This document shows positions 1 to 16,045 of a stretch of 64,000 bases of DNA, piece by piece. The translations under genes were made by a program, and so were the position numbers. A model generated the notes under the pieces. It did no database searches. It was not told where the DNA came from and worked only from the letters and a program-made list of their open reading frames with translations. Location: NCBI GenBank assembly GCA_000004695.1, contig CM000150.2, positions 768,001 through 832,000 of the forward strand, in the 5' to 3' direction. Position 1 is the first letter of the stretch, and each line of letters opens with the position of its first letter. The DNA comes from Dictyostelium discoideum (Eukaryota).

Positions 1-362
1 ACCTTGTCTAATTTTTAAACATTCTTTATTTTTATTATCATCATTACAATTTTTATTATTTGGACATTCTTTTAATGTAAATTTACAATTCTTTAAATGA
101 GTTTCTAATCCTTCAATTGTAATTATATCTTTACAAGCATTTTCATCTTTAATACTATTCTTTAAATCTGAAAATGAATTTGGACAATAAATATTTAATT
201 TTCTAACTTCTTTCTCTAAATATCTATTCTTACTTAATGATTCAATTGATTTAATTTCACAACGACATGTCATACATTGTTTTTTTAATTCAATCATTTT
301 TAAAAAACAATTTTTACATGCTTTTAATAATAAATTTAATCAAAATGTTAATTAAAATTGTA

Positions 363-420
<58 letters not shown>

Positions 421-575
421 TTTTAAAATAAAAAATAAAATAAAAAATACTAACCAAAATGACCTTCTACACATTGGTAAATATCAACTTGTAAATGTGA
501 ACAAATTACACAAATAAAATCGTCATTAATCTCTCCTACTACTAAATCATCAAATAAAATATCACTAATTTCCAT
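1..575 (-). CDS. TRAF-type RING zinc-finger protein, partial (3' end runs off the window start); exons 575..455 and 320..<1
   Basis: Minus-strand ATG at 575. Exon 1 encodes MEISDILFDDLVVGEINDDFICVICSHLQVDIYQCVEGHF, the first half of a RING finger, and ends with a GTTAGT donor at 454. The 134-bp intron holds a T47 run at 368..414. An AG acceptor at 322/321 is followed by ACKNCFLKMIELKKQCMTCRCEIKSIESLSKNRYLEKEVRKLNIYCPNSF..., which completes the RING and starts TRAF-type zinc fingers. It is a close paralogue of the gene at 18322..20000. Confidence 0.6.
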
Positions 576-1228
576 TTTATTGCCAAAGGATGTGTTTTAG
601 ATTCTAAAGCATTTAAAAAAAAAAAATCAAAAAGTAAAAAATCATTTTTGTTTTTTTTTTTTTTTTTTTTTTTTTTTTATTTTTTTTATTTTTTCATTCA
701 AAGAATTAACCACCTTTAATAATAAAATATCTACTTTGTTTTTAAATAATAACATGACTGAGGAAATTTATTTATTTTTTGAAAAACAAAATAAAAAAAA
801 AAAAAAATAAAAAAATTTATCTTTTTGTTTTAAAAGAATTTTTATCTTTTTTTTTGAAAATAAATCAAATAAATCTTTTTTTTTTTTTTTTCTGATATAA
901 TATTAATATCTGAGATCTTAATCGAGATCATGAGCATTTCTTTATTTTCGTTTTTTTTTATTATTATAATAATAATTTAATAATAAATAATTAAATAAAT
1001 AATATATCTGCAAATCAAAAAAAAACTTTTTCCTGGTTTATTTTTTTAAAATTATTTGTTTTTTCCCAAAGACCAATAAATTAAAAATAAAATTAAATTA
1101 TCAATTATTTTTTTTTTTTTTTTTTTTTTGGATTAGGTGATCTGCATGGTCCATTTATTTATTGTAATTTTAAATTTTTTTAAAATTTTTAGGAAAACAA
1201 GATAATTAGAAAAAATGGAAGATCATTT

Positions 1229-4726
<3,498 letters not shown>

Positions 4727-4760
4727 AGTGAATTGTAGTCGGTTGTTGTTATTTGCAAAA

Positions 4761-4800
4761 AAGAGTGTGTGGGTGTGGGTGTGGGTGTGTTGTAAATTGA
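4761..4800. promoter_or_regulatory. G+T-rich / CA-rich element (GTGTGTGGGTGTGGGTGTGGGTGTGT) immediately upstream of the RecQ start codon
   Basis: The tract lies 35-75 bp 5' of the RecQ ATG at 4726. On the gene strand it reads ACACACCCACACCCACACCCACAC. Similar GT/GGG clusters occur at 4990-5010 and 5030-5070. It resembles Dictyostelium G-box / CA-rich elements bound by G-box binding factor. Confidence 0.35.
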
Positions 4801-6031
4801 GTAGTTAGGTGGGGAATTTTTTGTGTATATGTGTTTTGATAACTGTGGTATCAACTATAAGGTATTGGATATTATTTTTTTATTTTCTTATTTTTTTATT
4901 TTTTTTATTTTTTAAAAAATCACGTACAAATAAAACTTGCAGAGAGAGAAATAGAGTTAAAAAAAATAATAATAATAATTAATAATATATGTATGTGTGT
5001 ATGTGGGTATATATATATATATATAATATTTTGTGTTTGTGTGTGTTTGGTTGATAATGTGGGTGAGGGGTTTTTTTTATTTTTTTTTATTTAATTTTAT
5101 TTTTTTTATTACTTCTATAAATATTTGTTTTGTAATAAGTCTCTATCATCATCAAAAAAATGGGACGAGTTTTTAAAATTTGAAAAAACAAAAAAAAAAA
5201 TGAAAACGAAAATGAAAAAAAAAAAAAAATTATTAATTACCCCCCCATGTTTCATTATATGATTGCCTTTAATTATTGAAAAAAGAAAAAAAAAAAAAAA
5301 TCAATATTTTTCATAATTATAATTATTATTATATTATTAAATTTATAAATTCAATATACAGTATCACCAGGTTATTATCATTATTATCATTATTATCTCA
5401 ACTAAAATTTGAAGAGATATTTTTATTTTTTTTTTTTTATTTTTTTTTTTATTTTTTTATTTTTTTTTTTTCCCAACTCTAATACACAATAAAACAGTTT
5501 TCACACCACTCACAAATTCACCCCACACCCCACAATAAAATATCATATCATCATTATAGGGAGCACTCTATATATTATGTAAATTAAAATTTTATTTTTT
5601 TAAATTTTAATTATTTTTTATAATTATTTTTTTTTTATTTTATTATTATTAATATTTTTTTTTTTTTTTTTTTTTTTTTTTCATTAAAATTATTTTATTT
5701 ATTATTAAAAAAATTTCTTGTACATATTTTTTAAAAAATTATTTATTTATTTTTCAAAAAAAAAATAATTTCACACACACACATTCTAACACAAAAAAAA
5801 AAAAAAATAACATATAGTTATTATTATTGTTTTAATTTTCATTCAATTTCTTTAATATCTATTTTATTCAAAAAAAATAATTATTTTTTTTTAATTTATT
5901 TTTAATTTATTTTTAATTTATTTTTGTTTTATAATAATAAACTAATAATAGCCAATAATAATAATTTATAAATTTTTTTTTTTATAATCATTTTTCAATT
6001 CCAAATAAATTAATAGCATCATACCAATATT

Positions 6032-6087
<56 letters not shown>

Positions 6088-6329
6088 AAAAAACAATTAA
6101 ACTTTTAATTTTCCGATTCATATTTTTTTTTTTTTTTTTTTTTCTCCCTCTCACAAATTTATTTCTTATAACTTTTTTTTTTTTTTTTTAAAAAAAAAAT
6201 TTTATTTTATTTATTTATTTTTAATTTAAATTAATTGTTAAAACTTTTATTTATTTATTTTATTTATTTTATTTATTTTATTTATTTATTTTATTTATTT
6301 ATTTATTTATTTATTTATTCAAATAAAAC

Positions 6330-6350
6330 ATGTATAATACAATCAACAAC

Positions 6351-6384
<34 letters not shown>

Positions 6385-7838
6385 TAGTCATTGATAATAA
6401 TGATAAATTATTTTTTTCAATATTTAGAAATATTTATATAAATAAAAAAATATTTCAACATATTAGAATATTTAAAATTGTTGATAAGGAAACAACACAA
6501 CCAAATAAAAAATATTTTAATAATGGTTCATTTACAAATTATAATGTTAAATTTAGAGAATTTTCAATAAAATCTTTATTAGAATATAAAAATAGAAGTT
6601 ATATTAAAAATTTAACAATAAAATCAAATTCATATAAACAACAATTACAACAAATTCAAACTCAAATTCAACCACAACAACAAGCTCAACAAACCCAACA
6701 ACAACAAACCCAACAACAAGCTCAACAACAAACCCAACAACAAATTCAACAACAACAACAATTAATTTTAGAAGATGAAGATTATTTAAATTTACCAATT
6801 GGTTTAATTGGAGAATTTGTTGAGAATTTAGAGATTGAAAAGGAGGGATTGGTTTTAATGCCTGGTGTTATACCACCATCTGTTCAAACATTAAAATTAA
6901 TTGGAAATCAATTTTTAGTACCAGGTTGTATACCATCATCAGTGAAAACATTGATAATTGTAGGATCAAAACAAATGATTGTACCAGGTGTTATACCATC
7001 ATCAGTTATCGATTTAAAATTATTAAATTCTGAACAACCAATTTTACATGGATCAATACCACAGTCATTACAATCATTAGAATTTGAAAATAATAATGAA
7101 ATGTCCAGTTTACCAGGCATACTTCCAACACCATCACAAATTAAGAAAATCAAATTTGGACCATCCTTCAACTGCCAATTGAAGCCAGGCTTCATTCCAT
7201 CGCTATTACAAGGTGGCCAAGTTGAGGAAATTGATTTTTCATTCTGCCAAGGCGCCTACAATAAGCCATTGGTCGATGGCGCAATCCCCAACACCGTCAA
7301 GGTGATCCATATGTCTAAAGAGTTTAATCAGCCTTTGGAAAAGGGTTCTTTCCCATCAAGTTTGGAGGAACTCTATCTATGTGGTCAATTTAATAAACAA
7401 TTAACACCCTATTCAATTCCAAAGAATTTGAAGACTTTAGACCTCGGCTACAGTTTCGATCAATCCATTGTACCTGGTTCACTACCAAATTCAATCATTG
7501 AATTGGGTATGAGTGTTTGTTTCAATCAGTCATTGCAATGCGGTAGTTTACCATTAAATCTTCAAACCTTAGAATTTGGTTCAAAATTCAATAAATCAAT
7601 ACCATCCGATTGTTTACCTTCGACATTACAATCATTAAAATTTGGTGATGATTATAATCAATCAATTATTCCAGGTTCTTTACCTTCTGCTTTACAAAGT
7701 TTAGATTTAGGTTCAACTTTTAATCAACCAATTGAATCAAATACAATTCCACAAAAATTAAATGAATTATATTATAGTAATTCTTTTAAACAATCAACTA
7801 AAAATATTCCATCATCATGTACTTTAATTGAATATTAT

Positions 7839-7902
<64 letters not shown>

Positions 7903-7934
7903 TTAATATTAATAATAATAATAACCAACAAGAA

Positions 7935-7937
<3 letters not shown>
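6330..7937 (+). CDS. FNIP-repeat-containing protein (Dictyostelium-specific FNIP repeat family)
   Basis: A 535-aa single ORF. It has an N-rich N-terminus and a poly-Q/T stretch (QQAQQTQQQQTQQQ). After that come about 14 tandem ~22-aa repeats of the form FNQxIxPGxLPxSLxxLxFGxxFN (e.g. FNQPLEKGSFPSSLEELYLCGQFNKQLTPYSIPKNLKTLDLGYSFDQSIVPGSLPNSI), which is the FNIP repeat signature. Confidence 0.8.
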
Positions 7938-7969
<32 letters not shown>

Positions 7970-8323
7970 TAATCGAACAATTACAAAAAAATTTTAAAGT
8001 TTTTAAAACGATAACGATAATTATTATATTTAAATAGTAATAATAATTTTTTATTTAATAATCGAATAAAATTTATTTATTTAAAAAAAAAAAAAAAAAA
8101 CTAATTTATTTATATTAATTGATTTCATTTTTTTATTTTATTTTATTTTTAACTTTTAACCAAATTTACCAACAATTATCATCATCATCACAACAATCAC
8201 CACCAACTACAAATAAAATCAAAATAATTCTCAAATTTAAATTAAATAATCCCATTTTTACTATAAATTTATTTATTTTGATATATTTTTTTTATTAATA
8301 TTTTTTTATTTTTATTTTTATTT

Positions 8324-10240
8324 TTATTTAGAAATTTGAGTTGTTTGCATTGTACCATGAAGATGTTCTACAAATTTATGTAAATCTGTTTTTGAAACTT
8401 CAACAATTGATGTATCAAATGATTGATATTTAAATGTTGCATCTGTATATTCAGCTGATTTTCTAAAATATTCACCAAATGTACTATTATTATAATAAAA
8501 TGTAAAAAGGTTATTATTATTTATTATTATTTATTAATTTAATATTTTATTATTTACTTACTTTGATTGAATATCAGTACTATGTGAACCAGAAATACCA
8601 ACAATTAAATAAGAATTTTTATTTTCATTTAAAGCACCAATTAAGAAAGGTCTTTTAGCTTTACCCATTGAAATGAAAGCATCCATCATGAATAAACCTA
8701 ATTTAGTTAGTGCCAATGGATGAATGAAATATTTTAAATCTGAAGATTCTGTGATGAATGCATATCTGAATGGACCAGACAAGATAACACTACGTTTTTC
8801 AATCATTGAAGTTACTTGACGAGTGATTTCCTTTTGTAATTGAATCGATTGTTTTAAACCAATCTTTAATAGATCAATATTTTTATTTGAGATTGAGTCA
8901 TAAGCTTCCCAAAAATTTTGTTCCCAAATGTCTTGATCCGATTGATCCGATTCTAAATTATCAGACTCCATTAACGCGGTCACTGCATAAACTGTATCTG
9001 ACGCTGATATTTCTGAATTGTTTGAATACTTTTTAAGAAAACTATTGAAATATAAATTCACCAAACCAAACTTTGGGCCGTTGATAGCGAGTAGTTGTTT
9101 CAACTGTTTCTTGTAATGGACATTCATCGAGTTGTACTTTTGCTTCACCTGGTCCAACGGTATGCCCATCATTGCGAATAACGACTCGAGCTGGAACCTG
9201 CCTTTGGCTTTCCAGACCCTGAGTTTGCATGCAACATAACGCGAGTTGAATAATGATTCGTAAAGATTCCAATGTCTGTAAAGCATGAATCTGAAATCGT
9301 CACTTGGTATAATCTTATCGCCATGCAAGAACATTGACGATGGATGTCTCTTTAAATCCCCATTTTCGTCATAATCATCCTCGTCATTACCTGGCCTATA
9401 TCTTTCTTCTTGGTCATCATCGCCATCGGTTGGATAATTATTTAAAATTAATTCTTTAAAATTTTTATATTGTTGTTCATAAGAGTCTAATGTAATCTTT
9501 TCATGAATGAATTGATCTGTTAAACCCAATACTGCATACCATAATAGATCATCTAAATTTTGTTTATTTAAAAATGTACTTAATGAATACATTGAAACTG
9601 CTGCACTCTTTCCATAATAAGTTTTTTCAAGTTTTTCACTCTTTTTCTTCTTTTTCTTTCTATGTTTTCTTTTACTTTTTTTATCTTTTTTATTCTTTTT
9701 TTTACTCTTTCTTTCATTTTCATCAATATTTTCACTACCACCATCATCTTCATCATTTTCTGGATTATCTTCATTTTCTGGATCAAACTCAGCTTCTTCT
9801 GCTTCTTCTGCTTCTTCTGCTTCTTCAGCTTCTTCTGCTTCATCTTCAACAACATCTTCTTCAGCTTCTTCTTCCTCTAATTCCTCTTCCTCTTCTTCAC
9901 TATCATCAGATAATTGTTGTAATTCATCTTGTTCAATATAAGTACCATCATCAATGATGAGTACAGATGATTCATTGGTAATATTATTGATAGAGTATGG
10001 TCTATGACTATCAATGATATATGCAACTTGTTGATCATTTAAATTTGTAAATACATTTGTTATATCAATATTACCACCACAATTGATCATTATAATAGAT
10101 TTAATCTCTTCATTCTCTAAAAGTGTTGAATTTACATTCTCTAAATCTTCATATCCTGATACTGCTTTAATATTATATGCTATTAAATCTGATTTTAAAA
10201 TTTCCTATTAGAATTTAATTTTATTAGGCAGAGAGAGGAG

Positions 10241-10274
<34 letters not shown>

Positions 10275-10499
10275 ATTTTAGTAAAAAACGCTTCCTCCAT
10301 TTATTTATATATATAAAAAAAAGTAAAAAAGGAAATTAAAAAGATGATAAATTATTTAGATACATACTGTTAATATTTTACAGGCTGCTATTGAATCACA
10401 ATCTCTTGCAACTAAAATTAAAACTGATTCACCTTGCACTGAATCACCTTTAATAATATCATAAATTTCTGAAAATTTGGTATCGGTAGTCAATACCAT
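8324..10499 (-). CDS. cdc45: Cell division control protein 45 (CDC45); join(10499..10368,10204..8562,8483..8324)
   Basis: Exon 1 encodes MVLTTDTKFSEIYDIIKGDSVQGESVLILVARDCDSIAACKILT and ends at a GTATGT donor (10367). An AG acceptor at 10206/10205 is followed by EILKSDLIAYNIKAVSGYEDLE...IIMINCGGNIDI, matching human LVAPDVDALCACKIL...VPVSGWQELE...ILINCGATVDL. Exon 2 carries an acidic E/A tract, a basic K tract and the conserved LLWYAVLGLTDQ block. A GTAAGT donor (8561) and AG acceptor (8485/8484) precede the last exon, NTFGEYFRKSAEYTDATFKYQSFDTSIVEVSKTDLHKFVEHL, which matches the human C-terminus [43 protein letters not shown]. Confidence 0.85.
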
Positions 10500-10501
10500 T
10501 T

Positions 10502-10537
<36 letters not shown>

Positions 10538-10919
10538 TGTTATTTATTATTATTATAATTATTTATATACAATGAATTAATTTGAATACTCATTATTATT
10601 TTTTTTTAATTTTTTTTTTTGTAAAAAAAAAAAATGATATTTGCGAGGGAAATTTTTTTTTTTTTTTTTTATTTTTTTAAACTAAAGGCGCCTAACGTTT
10701 TTGAACGTTAAGCTTTTTTTGGAAATTTTTTTTATATTTGTTTTATCTAAAGACCAAACACAAATAAAATTTAATTTTTATTTTTTTTGATTTCCTGATT
10801 TGTTGATAAGAGTTTTTTTTTGATATAAACCCAATTTTGAAAAATAAAAATAATTATATTAAAAAAAAAAAAAAAAAAAAGCTTTTACTAAAATTTAAAT
10901 TTCAAACAAATAATCAGCC

Positions 10920-11965
10920 ATGCCTAAACAATTAAAATACTTGAAATTGAATTACTACTATAATGAACCAATTATTGAAAATCAATTCCCAATGGGTTTA
11001 CAAGGGTATTTATTGAATTTGGTAATTCATTCGATCAATAAATTGATAATAATTTACCAAATTCAATAAATACTATTAAATTCCCAATTGATTCTTATTT
11101 TAAAAAAAGAATAAATTCAAATAAAATCATTAACAAAGCTAAATTTATCAAAATCATATGATTCATCATTAATAGATGGTGTATTACCAAATTCTATTTT
11201 AAAATTAAAATTTTCAAATTATACAAATAAATCAATTCTACATACTAGATTAGAATTTAAAATATTTGAAAAGGATGGTAACATATCCCTAAATAATCAA
11301 TTATCAAAATTTATAAACAATTTATCAATAATACCACCATCTGTTACTAAATTATCAATATTCTATGGTTATGAACAAGTTATTCCCTATCAAATTAAAT
11401 ATATGCATTTAGAATTCTCAAGAAATAACCAATATGATCATTATTATAAACAATTATTATATAATAATGGTGATGGTGATAATAAAATTAAATCATTAAA
11501 TATTATTTCATTACTTGAAAATAAACCATTAGATATTTATTATGAAAATAATTTTAATTGTTTTAATGGTTTAATTAATTTAAATTTATCAAATTTTGAA
11601 TACAAGTCATTTAAAAAACCAATAAAACGATTTACTTCATTTGTAAATTTTAAAATGTTTAAGTCTTGGTGAATTTTAATCATCACTAAATCAGAATTCA
11701 TTACCAGAAACTTTAGAATTATTAGAACTTGGTAAAAATTTCAAACAACCAATTAATAAAAAATGGTTACCACCTTCAATTAAATATATTATAATTAATG
11801 ATATTAATACTCCAATTTCAATTGGAGATTTACCAAATTCATTAATTTCAATTTGGATTAGAGATAATCATTATCAATTAAAACATTTTAAATATTTTAC
11901 TCCATTACTTGGTAAACTTAAAATTGTTGATAGAATTAATATCTTTAATATAAAAGAATTTTAAG
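10920..11965 (+). pseudogene. Degenerate FNIP-repeat gene copy (paralogue of the 3' half of the gene at 27721..29355) with multiple frame disruptions
   Basis: Four collinear coding-like segments lie in three different frames and are separated by stops: MPKQLKYLKLNYYYNEPIIEN...; NNLPNSINTIKFPIDSYF...; ...LSIIPPSVTKLSIFYGYEQ...SNFEYKSFKKPIKRFTSFVNFKMFKSW*; and SLNQNSLPETLELLELGKNFKQPINKKWLPPSIKYIIINDINTPISIGDLPNSLISIWIRDNHYQLKHFKYFTPLLGKLKIVDRINIFNIKEF*. The last two align residue-for-residue with MIPPSVTNLTIFYNSFHGQ...SEFYYKSYTKPVKDF...SNTLPQQLELLELGLEFKQPVHKKWLPISIKHIIILNDETPISINSLPPNSLESIWISNKHYQLNN...LLPLIGKLNIVESELINKIF of the 27721 gene. The C-to-D frame change sits in a 25-bp stretch that cannot be a canonical intron. 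Confidence 0.45.
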
Positions 11966-12147
11966 AAAAAAGTATGAAATTAATTATTAAATTAAATTTT
12001 AAATAAAAAAAAAAAAAAAAAAAAAAAAAATAAAATAAAAAAAATAAAAATGAAAATAAAATTTAAATTTAAATTTTCACATTTTCGCGCGTTTCGTTTT
12101 TTAATTTTTTTTTTTTTTTTTTTTTTTATTTTTTTTAACATTACAAT

Positions 12148-12575
12148 TTGTTTTTAAAAAAAAATAATATTAAATTAATGGAATATTTTATAGGATATGA
12201 AGAAACCTTTAAAGAAATTGAAAAATTTGGTAAAGAATATCCAAAAGAAAAATTATTAAAATTTATTAGAGAGTTTTCATTAAATTGGGTAAATCAAAGA
12301 GATATTTCAAATGAACAATTAAAAATATTAAAGAAATCTTTAAATGATCTCATTGAAAATGATAAAGAAAGAACATTATTAGAAAATAGAATAATTCAAA
12401 TGTGTCCAAACTATGTTATAGCTAATTTTAGTGTTGATGAATATCCTAAAATTTATTTAGAATTTATTAAAGATTATTTAACATGTAATGAAAGTTTAAA
12501 CCTTTTTGGTAAAGTTGGTAATATTTTAGTATTATTAAAAAAGAATTTAAAAAATTTTAATAAGGTCAGTATATA

Positions 12576-12629
<54 letters not shown>

Positions 12630-15237
12630 TATAAATAAATTTTTAATATTAATTTTTTTTTTTTTTTTTTTTTTTTCCTTTAAACAGAAATTATCAATTG
12701 AAATTATAAATTTATTATTTGAATTAAATCATAATTTAATAAATAAAGAAAAAGGAAAAGAAAAAGAAATTTCAGATGATAGTAATAGTAATAATAATAA
12801 TAATAATAATGAAGAAATTTTAATTGAAAATGAAATGGGAAATTCTAAATTATTAGATTCAATTAGTTTATTAAATTGTTTATTATTATTTAAAGAAATA
12901 ATTGGTAAAGAAGGATATCAAGGTGAAATTAAAGAGAATATTTTAACTTTATTTAATGGTTTATATGAATTAATTATACCAACTGATGATGAAGTTGAAA
13001 GATTTGGAATTTCAATACCATTTGAAAATTTAATATTTTTAATAACCTTATTTCAAGATTACCCAAATAGAGCAGTTTATTTGAATTTATTATTAAAATT
13101 TGTATATTTTTTTGAATGTATTCAAACCACACGATATTTTCAAATTAAATATCAAAATGAATTATTAGAAGCTATAAATTGTGAAAAAGTATTATTTGGT
13201 AAAAAAGAATCATTCCCATTGGTTCAATCATTAGTTGAACAATTATTAAAACATTGTAAATTTGATGTTTTTAAATTACAAGGTTTTTTAATATCAATTA
13301 ATAGAAATAGTTATAATGAATATTTTAAATATATTTTCTCAATAGTTGAATTTGATTTAATTTTACCAATAATTCAATCATCATTTCCAACTATAAATGG
13401 AAAACAAATTATAAAAGAAATTTTAGAAAATAAAAATTTTGAATTTCAACTTTCAAATAATAATAATTCAAATAATAATAATAATAATAATTTAAATAAT
13501 AATAATTCAAATAATAATAATAATAATACAGATAATAATAATAATAATATTTTCACTAATATTATTGGTATTGATGAAGGTGAAATTCATAATATTGGTA
13601 TTGGTGTTAGTGGTGTTGGTAATAGTGATTTTATTAAATTAGTTGATAGATTTGATAAATCGTTAGAATCATTCTTTAGAATTGAAAATTATTATAAAGG
13701 TGCAAATAGTAAAGTTGAGAAAAAGTTTTTAAAGAAAACTTATGAAGAAATTTTCAAACAATTAAATGAAACTAAATCAATCAATTCATCAAGTTATTTA
13801 GAGTCTTTATTTTTTAAATTGGATCAATTTCCAATTAAATTTAAATTTATAAAAAAAAGATTAAATTTTATTTTATCACAATTGGATTTATATTCAATTA
13901 ATAATATTTTAAATAATAATAATAATGTATTAAAAAATGAAATTTTAGAAAATTCAATTTATATTGAAAAAGTTAGATTGGAGAATGAAAGAAAAGAGAA
14001 ATTACCAAGTTTTGAAATTGAGTCATTGGATATGATGCCAGTTGAAATTATTGAATACATAGTAAAGTTTTTAATTGATAGTCCAGAAATGGATCAGTGT
14101 AGGAAATTTCAATTATCTTTACTTTCGAAAGATTTCTTTAGAATGGTGCAATCGATAATGAATAGGTCAATTGATAATCCGATTGAGTTGAAGTTTAATC
14201 ATTTCTTTCATCACGGTACAAATGGTGATGATGATGAATTTAATTTATTACAAAAGAAACAAGTCTCATATTTAAAGTATTGGTCTAGACCGCATTATAT
14301 TGAAACCGATGATTTCGATAGTTTTCTATACAGGTTGAATGTGGTTGACAGTTTTAGAGATTGGGGTCACATCATTAGTTATACCAATCAATTGAAATTG
14401 GTTGCGTTCGATTTCCAAGGTGAATTAGACCACATCTATTTAGATTATTTAAAAAGTAATAAAACTATTCAAAAATTAATCATTAGAACTACTTCAACAA
14501 ATGCAAATCAATTATCTCAACAAATTATTGAAATGGTGAATGAGAAACAACAAGTTGACATTCATTTACATATTGATGTAAAAGAGGAAGAACCAAATAT
14601 AAACTATAGAATTAACTTTGATTTAATTCAAGGTTGTACTGTTGGTATTGGTCAATTCTTTGATGAAGATTTCTATAAGAATTGTTTACCAAAAATAAAA
14701 GAACTCACTATACTAATTGAACAATGGGATCCACATAATAGTTCTTCCTTTGAAACTGTACCAATTATTGATACATTTTTAAAGAATATTAAATCAACAA
14801 CAACAACGCCAACACCATCCCCAACATCATTTTCACTAAATCTTTCAAATTTAACAAATCTAACATTTCAATTCAATACATTTGATTCAGGTTTTGATTA
14901 TTTTGATAAATTAATTAAATTATTTATTGGAAATGCTTCAAATTTAAAAACTATAACTTTTGAAAATCCTGGAGGTGGCGATAGATGTAGTAAACCTAAA
15001 AAAGTTATTGCAAATATTTTAAAATCTGTATCTTTTCAAGCTCAACACTTTCCTTCTTTATCTTTCATTAAAATATTTAAATCTTCAAACATTACAATGT
15101 TTGAAGATTTAAATGATGAAAAGGATTGGTATAAAATTAATACTTTTAAATTTTTACCAGAACCAAATTTTATTATTTTTAATTTAATTAAAAATAATAA
15201 TAATAATAATAGTAAAAGAAAATTTGAAGAGATATAA
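12148..15237 (+). CDS. Hypothetical protein (~988 aa, N-rich; no recognisable domain); join(12148..12564,12688..15237)
   Basis: ORF 12148 ends NLKNFNK at a GTCAGT donor (12565). A 123-bp AT-rich intron with (TA)n and a T-run ends at AG 12686/12687. Exon 2 (KLSIEIINLLFELNHNLINKEKGKEKEISDDSNSNNNNNNNEEILIENE-MGNSKLL...) runs in frame into ORF 12835..15237. No catalytic motifs are recognised. Confidence 0.6.
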
Positions 15238-15551
15238 AAATAAATTTTATTTTTTTAAAAAAAAAAACAAAATAAAATAAATAAATAAAAAAAAAATAAT
15301 CTTCATATAATCTAAATTCGATCGGAGTTTGATTTCAAAGAAATTTTTTCCAGATTTTTAGATTTTTTTTATTTTTAATTTTTTTTTTTTTTTATTTTTA
15401 ATTTTATTTTTGATTGGAACATTGTTCGAAATAAAAAAATCTATTTTTATTTTTTTTTTTTTTTTATTTTTTTTCAAAAAAATTTCAAAGCCTTGAAATC
15501 GATTTCTATTGGTTTTATTGTAATATTAATATTTTATTACATTATTCCATC

Positions 15552-16006
15552 ATGGAAGAAAGTAGTTATGATAATTTTAATATTAATAAATTTAATATTA
15601 ATTTAAATAAAGTTGGTGATGATGATGATAATAATAATAATAACAATATCGTAAATAATAATAATATTATTTATCCCATAAATGATATAAATAATGAAAA
15701 TAAAGGAAATACTAAAACTGGTGGGTTTTTAGAAAATATTAAAATTACAGATCAAGATAATTCATTAGGTGAAGAGAATTATGATTTGGAAATAAATTAT
15801 GAAGTCGTTTTGGTATTTGATAAATCTAAAAAAGTAGTAAGCGACGATCCAAAGTTAACTTGGGATATTATTATAAAAAAAACAATGAAAATATTAAAAG
15901 AATTAAATCTGTATTCAGTTTTAAAAGTTGGTACACTTGATGAAAATCATATTTTTATAATTGTTGGTACAACTGATGAATTGTTTGTATTTTATTTATT
16001 TTTTGG

Positions 16007-16045
<39 letters not shown>

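Noticed and set aside
9574-9957. Overlapping small ORFs (127 aa, 91 aa, 72 aa) inside the cdc45 region
   Set aside because: They lie within and antisense to the acidic/basic low-complexity tract of cdc45 exon 2. Their composition is driven by GAA/AAG repeats.
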